From NCBI GenBank assembly GCA_951406725.2, contig OX597814.1:164548001-164612000 (forward strand): DNA of 64,000 bases. The letters are read 5' to 3'. Source of the DNA: Octopus vulgaris. Lineage: Eukaryota. Under the pieces are notes generated by a model. That model was not told the DNA's origin. It searched no databases and saw only the letters and a list, made by a program, of their open reading frames with translations. Shown one piece after another: positions 53,893 to 64,000 of this stretch. Made by a program: the position numbers and the translations under genes. Numbering within the stretch: position 1 is the first letter of the stretch; each line of letters begins with the position of its first letter.

Positions 53893-53971
53893 GTATGTAT
53901 GTATGTATGTATGTATGTATGTATGTATGTATGTATGTATGTATGTATGTATGTATGTATGTATGTATGTA

Positions 53972-54002
<31 letters not shown>

Positions 54003-54825
54003 ATGTATGTATGTATGTATGTATGTATGTATGTATAGGACACAGTTTTAAATTTATTTATTTACTGCTGACTATGTGTTTAAGCTTCGCACTAAGTTCG
54101 AATCTATACTGGATAAAGATGTAGCTGTCTTGCGCACGTGTTTTGGGTACCTATTTACAACTGCATAATTATTCATTAATTAGTGATCTCAATGAAGATC
54201 TACAGATTCCAAATTAGTTTATTTGGTAAATAATAGAGAAACTCGAGTTCGGGATTAACTAATTCATTTCTTGTTCGTTCTGGTGTTATGACAGTGTGCC
54301 TCAAGAATTCCTTTATCGTGGTTTGTGCTTTAACTGTTCTTTCTAGCATGTAGGGAGTCCTGTCAAAGGACTTCTCTCAGTGTATAAAAATATTCTATAC
54401 ACTTTATATTTTAATATATATATTTATAGATGTATGTATGTATGTATGTGTTCGTTTGTGTGCTCGTATGTGTGTGTGTGTAATAACTCTTTGAACTGTT
54501 GATGTAACCACGATGTTTTGGTGACCTAACTTTATTTGCATTAATTTACGCTAATACAATTACATTGTATTACCGCTGAGCATACATATTAATGCAAATA
54601 TGCACGAATTATTTCTTCCATTTTGAAATTAATACTACATTTAGAAGGTTGTGAAACGACTGCAATCATATGGAAGTCATGTGGTTAATTAAATCTTCAT
54701 CTTTCACATACCCTGACGTTATGCATCACAAAAACACGCACACACATACACACACACACAAACACACAAACATGCACATAGACATATGTATCTCTCTCTC
54801 TCTTTCTCCCTCTCTCTCTCTCTCA

Positions 54826-54861
<36 letters not shown>

Positions 54862-54863
<2 letters not shown>

Positions 54864-55270
54864 GCATAATTGCGTGGTAAGAAGCTTGCTTCCCACTCAC
54901 ATTGTTTCGGGTTCAGTCCCACTGCGTGACTCTTTGGGCAAGTGTTTGCTACTATAGCCTCGGGCCGCCCAAAACATTGTGAGTGGATTTGGTAGACGGA
55001 AACTGAAAGAAGCATGTCATATATGTATATGTGTATATATACTTATGCGTGTGTGTGAGTGTGTGTCTGTGTTTGACCCCTCACTATCTTTTGAGAACCG
55101 ATGTTAGTGTATTTATATCACCGTAATTGAGTGGTTCGGCAAAAGAGACCGATAGAATAAGTACTAGGCTTAAAAAGAATAAGTTCTGGGGTCGATTTCT
55201 TCGACTAAAACCCTTTAAGGCGGTGCTCCAGCATGGCCGCAGTAAAATGACTGAAACATGTAAAAGAAAA
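54862..55270 (+). mobile_element. SINE family B in globin intron 1
   Basis: Same family; further diverged copies near 19520-19905, 10590-10735, 6130-6450 and 59240-59590. Confidence 0.82.
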
Positions 55271-55361
55271 AAAGAATGTGTGTGTGTGTATGTGTGTTTG
55301 TGTGTGTACATGCAATGTTTATAAAATATTCAAATATACGTAAGAAAAAGTTGACGCTTAC

Positions 55362-55492
55362 TTTTCGAAGAATGCTATAGATTCGACCTTCTGGTTTGGT
55401 AAAACATATTTCCAGCTTTCTACGATAGCAGCTTTTTCTTTGACCATCAATCCAGTAGCAGGATCAACATCTTCTTCATCTTTGGCAGGCAT
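55362..55492 (-). CDS. Globin coding exon 1 (A and B helices)
   Basis: ATG at 55492; DPATGL..EK..I.ESW A-helix motif; ends FFE-AA|GTAAGC (phase-2 donor at B12.2). The true N-terminus may lie further upstream (see findings). Confidence 0.9.
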
Positions 55493-57036
55493 GATTCCAA
55501 AGTTTTGTAGTATTGAATCCACAATCTTGAATATTACTCCAACTAATTGGAGTATCTTATTTAAAAGTTTTGGTCTGCCAGTTGAGGCATATACGTTTAG
55601 AGAAAGATGTGTATGTCTATATTTTATTTATTCATTTACTGTTTTCATATATCTGCGAAGAATCTGTGAAAAGAAGAAAGTAAAATTGTATGAAAAGTTT
55701 CTTTGGTGAAACTCAATGTACAAAAGAAATTTTGGAACATCATGCAAGTCCTCGACCTTTTTGTAGTCTTTCTAGAACGTTTTTTTCTATTTACTTATTT
55801 GAGTTCTGTCTATTTGTCTCCCAGATATAAATACCATCGTTATAATTTGAACTGAATCCCTGATATTTAATAAAACGCCTATCAGAGATGCAGTATCAAA
55901 GTCACTGTTTACAGCAGTCAGTTATACTTCTTGCTCTATGACACAGATGTTGAAATAAATAAACATGTTTATCACAATGTAATGAAGTTGGTTTATGCAT
56001 CAAGACTACAATTTTGCGTTCGATCACTTTGCATGGTATCTTAATCTGCTGGGTTTGAGGTGCCTGTAGCTGAGTATATTCTATTGTAAGCATCAGGGCC
56101 AGATCTCCGGTTCGAGGACGGCTTCCTCTTTGCATATCACGAGACAAGGAGGTTTTGATAAGGTTTATGGGCACTGCTCTCTTTTATTCCTCCGACTAAG
56201 TCATTAAAGGCAACATAAAAAAGTTGAAAATGAAGGACCAAGTCGACTTTTGTGGTATTTGATCTTAGAATCTAAGGGAATGAAGTTCATATTGAAATAA
56301 TTTATTTCTGAAGTATTACAGTATCTTTACATATTTCTTTCTATTACTGGATCAAAGCCTGAAATTTAGGGGAAGAGGCTAATCGATTGCATCGATTCTA
56401 TAGCTCGACTGATAGACTCTGAAAAGATGGAAGACAAAGTCGATTCGACAGAATTTGAATTCAGAACATAAAGCCGGAAGAAATGGTGCGAAATATTTTG
56501 TTCGGCGTACCAGCGATTCTGCCGGCTCACCACTCTAGCATCTTCATATAATCAGCACTCTATACCAAGAATGATCGGCTTCTGTTAAACCTAAACCACG
56601 GGACACTTGATTCTCCCTTACAACCATATCATTTCACATGTCATCAATTTTTTAGAAATGCACAGGCACATCATTAACATTAACTTCATTCAGTCTCTCT
56701 CTCTCTCTCTTTCTCTCTCTCTCACGCACATACTCACGCACACACATTCTACATGCACGATAAAATTTTGGGTGGGGTTGTCATGAAAGATCATTAGATG
56801 TTGCGGTGAACAGCCTTTGCAATGACTCTGATTGCGTGTGTGCAGATGTGCGCATGTGTGTGAGTATGAGTATGTATGTATGTGTTTGTTTGCTAGCTTA
56901 TGATTATAAACAATTACGTAGTTACAGCAATAACATACTATAAACTACCCCACAGTGGTGTATTGTGCACATTTACCATTTACCATTTTGCACGAAATCA
57001 TAACACATATATCTCGTATACATATATACATACAGA

Positions 57037-57357
57037 CAGTGGCGGACTGGCTAGGTTGCCAACGTGCCTGATGGCAGGTGGCCCCCTGCGCCACCAGAAT
57101 CCATATATGGGGGCCCATACCCTCAAGTTTGAAAATCTTTTAATTCACTCATGGAAGAATGCATTATTTCAGCCTGGCTGTGTTTGTAGACAGTGGAAAA
57201 GAATACTTTTAGCAAAAAAAAAAAAAGAGAAAGATTAAATGATAGCATTGTAGTTGCGAGAGGGCCCTCTTGTAGTTGTGGGTGAGCTCTCTTGTAGTTG
57301 CTGGTGGGCCCCCTTAGTCTCCTGGCAACCAATATTTTTAGACCCAGTCCGCCACAG
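57037..57357. mobile_element. hAT-like MITE
   Basis: TIRs CAGTGGCGGACTGG / CCAGTCCGCCACAG; TSD catacaga / catacata. Confidence 0.75.
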
Positions 57358-57407
<50 letters not shown>

Positions 57408-57954
57408 TATGTAGATACTCACATATAACAATGTGTGTGTGTGCTTATGTATTGGCGGGCGGAGCTTCGCAACCATATGTTTCCGGGCTCGATTTAAATA
57501 TTTGTCTTCTACTACAGTTACACGATGACAAGTAACAGACTGCGCTTGATATAATCAATCAAACCTTTGAAGAACCTTTAGGTTCTTCAGCATGACCAGA
57601 GTCCAGAGTGTGAAATCCTTAAAAGAATACTAAAATATAAAACATTTAAAAACAGCACAGCTGAAGACGAAACGGAAAAAAAAAAGGGAGGAGAAATATA
57701 ATTCGATTCCTGGATCGGGTGGTGCGTTGTGCTTTTGAGCAAGACAATTCGTCTTACGTTGCTCTGCGATCACTTCCACAAATGACGTGTGGCAAACCGT
57801 ACATTTATAACAGACGTTGCGATTTGATGGAGGAAGAGTGCTTGAGTGCAGCACAAACGTTTAATCACTACAAACAAATCACCTGTGCTGGTTGTTGAGT
57901 AAGAAATTGTAGAAGCGTCTTCTCTCGAACTCGAGACGTTATTATTATTAATAT

Positions 57955-58401
57955 TGTCTTACTTTTATCACATGCTTTCACTGCACAACCGAGTACATCT
58001 CTGTGTGACTTGGATATATGCTGTGGGTTGCTTTGATGTTGTCATTTTCACTGTATTGAAAATGCTTTACGTAAGAAGTATGCGGTGCCAAGTTGTGCTA
58101 TTTTCTGTATGTATATATATTCCTATATGCTGGTGTTTGGTTATGTATTTGAATATTTTTTAATCATGCCTATTGTACCTACTATTATAGGGACTCTTTC
58201 TGCTTTTAGGGTTCACATTCGGGTTATCTCTATTTCCAGGTGTTTGTATTCTGAGAGTTTCCTAATTTCTTTTAGAGATAGACTGTCATCATACGTCGAT
58301 TTGAAGGCATTTTTTCAAGAAAGTCTCTAATAACTATATCCGGTCTATTAACCTTGATCACTCCATCTGTGTCCCAAAGTATATCCCAAAGTATGGTTTC
58401 T

Positions 58402-58405
<4 letters not shown>
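57955..58405 (-). mobile_element. Second, older R4/Dong-clade 3' fragment
   Basis: Minus strand encodes ILWD..NRPDIV, PIIVGTIGMIKK and IQKIAQLGTAYFLRK; flanked by (TTA)n. Confidence 0.7.
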
Positions 58406-58449
<44 letters not shown>

Positions 58450-58739
58450 GTCTATGTTTGTACAAGTTGGCTCCAAGTCTCACCCAGAGACCTCAAGAGA
58501 CAACAGGTTGGGAGTTCACGTTGTTGATATGCCTAGTGTGCCATATATTTGGGGATTTTTTAGTGTTGTACTAGTGAATGTCTAATAAATAAATAAATAA
58601 AAGTTTGTTTTAAACCTTGAGATTACATAGAGAGTATTTTGCGTAGGATATGAGCAGTTCCCATGAGCACTATCTTTTGAATTTCTGCCATTTTGGGGTT
58701 TCCTGGTATCTGAGTTAGGTAGCAATCAGCCCCTTTCGC

Positions 58740-58740
<1 letters not shown>
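58450..58740 (-). mobile_element. R4/Dong-clade non-LTR 3' end in (TAA)n
   Basis: IQKIVLMGTAHILRKILSM* C-terminus typical of R4/Dong RLE elements; (TTA)n on both flanks. Confidence 0.8.
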
Positions 58741-58802
<62 letters not shown>

Positions 58803-58936
58803 TATTATCATTATTATTATTATTACTATTATTATATTGTCGTTGCACATCTAACGCTGGAGATGTGCTACGGTGTCAGCTATACACTGCCAGTGAACTA
58901 AGGTAACACCCCTCATTTTTCGAGCACCATCCGGAG

Positions 58937-58998
<62 letters not shown>
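58937..58998. repeat. (TAC)n
   Basis: Direct inspection. Confidence 0.95.
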
Positions 58999-60046
58999 TT
59001 TGTCTTTGTTCACTCAATATGAAGCAAAAACAACTTGCACATCCAAATCACATGAGAAACGTAGAGGTTAACACATTAGTATACAATCAAAGCCCAGCAT
59101 CGAATACAAACATTTGAAAGTCCCCCTGAAAGATAAATATAATGCATTTTTTTTTCATTTGCATTTCCAATAAGGATTCTTTCATTTTTGTCCCCAACGA
59201 AAAACTATATACACTGGCTGGTAATACTCTGTTTACCGCTTATCTTTTTATTCGTTTCAGTCGTTATACAGCCGCCATGTTGGGGCTCCGCCTGAAAGGT
59301 TTAGACGAACAAAGTGACCACTGTACTTATTTTATGCCTGGTACTCCACTGTCAAACCTCTAATTTACGGGAACGTAAACAAACCAACACCAGTCAGCAA
59401 ATGCACACACACACACACACACATACACATATGCGCAAACGCGGGGCTTCCATACAGTTTAGAAAACCACTTACAAGGCACTGGTCGGTTAGGGGCTATA
59501 ATAATTGAAACTTGCCCAAAGTGCCATTCAGTGGCACTGAATCCAAATCCACGTGGTTTGCAAAAAAGCGAGCTTCTTAACTACACAACCATTCTTATAT
59601 GTGGTATAAGAATGGCATAAATCAAATAAACAATAACATGTAAATATTAACACAGAGAAGAAGAGAGGGATTAAGATTAGAAATACGAAGAGAAACAGAC
59701 TGATGACTGACAGGCGGCCAGACAAGTAGAAAGGCAGACAGACCGACCGACCGACAGACAGACAGACAGAGACCCCCCCACACACACAGACAGACAACCA
59801 AATTGATAGAGATATAGACAGATAAATTGATAGATAGATATATGGAAAGATAGGGAAATTGATATTATTGAATTAAAAACAAAAACGTACATTAACAATA
59901 GTAAATTTGCATTTGACGTTATGTTGTTTCCATAGTTACGATACGCATTTATCGATTGGTTTAAGAATTAATCCTCAAAACAGAAATAGGTTCTGTTTTG
60001 CTGCCTGATCATCTGCAATTACTTTAGGACAGGTGTTCTGTACTAT

Positions 60047-60490
<444 letters not shown>

Positions 60491-63473
60491 GTATGTATAC
60501 GTATATACATGTGTGTGTATGTATGCGTGCGTGTGTGTCTGCGTTTATATATGTATGTGTGTTTGTGTGTACCTGTGTGTGTCCTTAAGCATGTCTGGAT
60601 CACATCTTAACACAGAGCCGACTAAATCTCACACAGTGACACTAAATCATTCTGCGGCCATTCGTTCTAATCCACATGTCAACGTAGCCGCTAATCGATG
60701 TCTAACAAATCACATAAGCATACTCCCCATTCTCCTTCACACACTATCTCTCTACATAACGTCTCCTACCACCCTTTTAACTCACTTCTTATCATATTTT
60801 AATATTTCTAGTCCCAACTAGTAAATATTTATATGTAACACAGTGAATTCACCTTTTACCAGTAACATGTGATACCAGCGTCCGGTGCGAGCATGGTACA
60901 TAACATCATATATTATAAACTCCACCAAGAACGGAGTATGCCAATGTATATCATGAGTGCTCTACTCCACCATTCCAGCATACACCTATTTCTTTACTAC
61001 CCACAAGGGGCTAAACACAGAGAGGTCAAACAAGGACAGACAAACGGATTAAGTCGATTACATCGACCCCAGTGCGTAACTGGTACTTAATTTATCGACC
61101 CTGAAAGCATGAAAAGCAAAGTCGACCTCGGCGGAATTTGAACTCAGAAGGTAACGGCAGATGAAATATGGCTACGCATTTCGCCCGGCGTGCTAACGTT
61201 TCTGCCAGCTCGCCGCATACACCTACCATCATTAATACACTAGACCAGCTTTCACCATCAAACTACACGAATACATACTTTCAAAGACATAGTAGAGTAA
61301 TTATCAACATTACCAACGATACTCAGCATCAGTAATGCACTATACTCGCACAACCACGAAGAACACATTGTACTAAGCATCGTCCACAAAACTCTGCCTT
61401 GGCACATACTAAACAACATCCATCTTCGGCACATCGCTAACGTGCAATGCAACCGTCAACAGATTATATAACCACTGCTATCAACACATAACACTAACCG
61501 CTATCTTCAACATACTACACTAACCACTAACATTATGATTTTCGTCCGTCGGAGTAACGAGAACCATCTCATCAATCTAGGATGACTGATGACTTGTGCT
61601 GTGACGTTATTTGAAGCGAAGAATTGTGCAGCGTAAATCTCACTCTCTCGTCCGTGACCATCTTCAAGTCAGTGGTAAGACCAGGTCAAGAGGATTGGGG
61701 ATGGATACAGATGCAGTGGATAACCAAAATGTCTTACTTGCCACATCTTGCTTTTTTACACTCCCCTCATCCCCCTCCATTGAACCATGAAAGTTTCTTC
61801 GGCAGAGTTCGCCGGATCCAGTCTTCACGTTGGCAAACCATAATGTGCTAGTTAACCCATAACTGGGACCCTGACAGTTGATACGTTCTGAGCTCAAATT
61901 CCGCCGAGGTTGACTCTTCCGTTTTTTTTGGGGTGAATAAATTAAGTACCAGTTGAGCATTGGTGTCAGCTTTACCCCCATTCCGAAATCGCTAGCTTTA
62001 TGCCAAAATTTGAAACCGACATTATATTTAATATAGGAAATGTTGGTCGCAACATGTAAAATATTTTCTCCATTCATCGGAAATGCTTAAAATGGATCTT
62101 TGTTCAAGGTTAACGTCATTTTAAAATTACAAAAAAAAAAAAAGAAAAGAAAAAAAAACAGTTAAGAAAGAATTGTAACTTAAGCTATATAAATTTCTAT
62201 AAAATTGTGAAACATTTTTTGATCGATGTAATAACATGATTCAATGCCATTATCTCTCAAGAAATCGAATCTGATGCTAAGTTTGAGTCCGTCTTATTTC
62301 ATACTATGATTTTCCACTACTTCACATTCTTACTTTTAAAATGTCTAACATTTTCTCTTTCCTTTCTATCTTCAGTCTCTCTTATTCTCTCTCTCTCCCT
62401 CTCTCTCTCACACACACACACACGCACACACATATATATAACAGGACCTATGACGTTCCTTCTCCCAACACTTATTTCAAGGAAAACTTATGAAAAAAGA
62501 ACAGAGCACTCTACGATATATCTTTTGTTGTTTGTTTTACATCGTCTCATTTTTATCATTAAATACACAGTGTTGGACTTCCTCTTTAAGCTCTGTGAAT
62601 TCGCTAAAATAAATACCAGTAATATACTATAAATTTGAATAAATACCAATAATATACTATAAATTTAATCAACTCTGATACAGAAAAATCGAGATTTTTA
62701 TTTTTTTTACAAAGTTAAAATCAGTGAAAGAATCAACGCATTTTCTGCGAGACCTCACGCGAGAACTTAGCCTACAGCAGAAAATGACTGATAATTGATT
62801 GAATCACAAGACTTATATAATTAGCAGATAACTGATTAAGTGAAATATGAGTATTTTAATTTATTTCTAGTCGATGCTGCAAGATGTTATCCATAGCTTT
62901 ACAGGTATTCATTATAAGAAGCAGACACAAATAATATCAAAATCAGGCGACGTCAATTCCAGTGGAACGTATTTCGAAAGCTATTCGTTCAGCATTCAAA
63001 TATCTAACTGAAATATAATCCGGCCAACCTGTTAACTAGTTTATCAGCTTCAGATAATATGCATAGCCGCAATTTTCAGGAAACAATTTCAGCTATTTAA
63101 CCTCAGCTATAGTTATTTCATCACGTGAGCCAGCTTTGGCGTGTCGTGGTCGTGTCACTGTGTGAATCTTCGTGGGCCACTTTCTTATCTAGAATGTCTA
63201 AATAACTTGTATGTTTGGATTGCATAACACTCTAGTTATCTAGTTTTGGGGTAAAAAAAATTTATGACGTAATTATATTGGCCTCCAGTGTTGGTCGTAA
63301 CTTGGTGGTCTACAAAACGATGGAGCTTTTGAAATGTACCTTTTCTTATCACTCAGGATAAGACTAAGCGATCCCCGCTGGTGTGCGTCAGTATGAAATC
63401 TTTTGCTTAATACGAAGGGGCTGGAGCAGAGTCACGTGAAAGTAAGCGAGAGAGACAGAGTGAAGAAGAGGGT

Positions 63474-63511
<38 letters not shown>

Positions 63512-64000
63512 AGGATAGAGAAAGAGGAAGAGAGAGAGAGAGTTGAGAGAAGGAAACTGACTGATTAGCAAAGAGAATGAGTGATGTATAGGCAGATAAA
63601 GCTAAATATAGAGAAAGAGGAAGCGAAACTGAAAGACAGAACAGGAAATAGAGGAAAAGCTACAAACATTTTCAGAGAGGGAAGGGGAAGTGAGATAGAG
63701 AGAAGTGGGGGGGGGGGGGTGAGCCAAAGCATACCGACCCGTATATAAATGGACATATATTTTTTATCACACATACGTACAGAGATACATATATCTGTGT
63801 GTATGTGTGTTGTATTCATATCATATGTACACACATGTACATACATATATACACACAATACATACACACAAACGCACACACAACACATATATATACAAAT
63901 ACATATATATATACATATATAATATATTATATATATATTAATATATATATATATATAGTTAAAGGCTACATTATAATCGTAACCGCAGAAATACTCACAT

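Larger units (their letters stand above)
44273..55492 (-). other. Globin gene span (3 coding exons, 163 aa; intron 1 = 46879-55361, intron 2 = 44408-46652)
   Basis: Exons join in frame through GT-AG sites to give MPAKDEEDVDPATGLMVKEKAAIVESWKYVLPNQKVESIAFFEK/LFTTHPQYIDYFPKFKGKQLAEMKEMGSFVLHAKSVFTALTAIVNNLDNADYLVKLLLKTGKDHKMRGVPKQAFR/NLALVFMDFMEERLGSNFTPLAKSSWEKALAVVVDVCHKGMTDE*. Intron positions are the ancestral globin B12.2 and G7.0. Confidence 0.95.

Overview
AT-rich, repeat-dominated eukaryotic DNA, very likely octopus or another coleoid cephalopod (inferred from the tRNA-derived SINE families and extreme (TA)n/(TACA)n/(TTA)n density). One host gene is present: a three-coding-exon globin on the minus strand (55492-55362, 46878-46653, 44407-44273; 163 aa; canonical B12.2 and G7.0 introns; HisE7, HisF8, PheCD1). 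The main mobile element is a near-intact Neptune-type Penelope-like retroelement (about 26212-29990, RT plus GIY-YIG) in a TA microsatellite. Its RT frame has no start codon ahead of its conserved N-terminal motif and overlaps an upstream ORF in the -1 frame at a U_UUU_UUU heptamer. Its 3' region carries a CCAAT/TATA/Inr promoter-like block and a minimal hammerhead ribozyme. At least five more minimal hammerheads lie in Penelope-derived remnants, three of them in globin intron 2 and antisense to the gene. Also present are CR1-type, Tx1-type and R4/Dong-type LINE fragments, a mariner remnant, non-autonomous Helitrons, hAT-like and other MITEs, and three or more SINE families, one forming 187-bp tandem arrays. 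Most listed ORFs are microsatellite or SINE artefacts. All calls are by eye; no searches were run.
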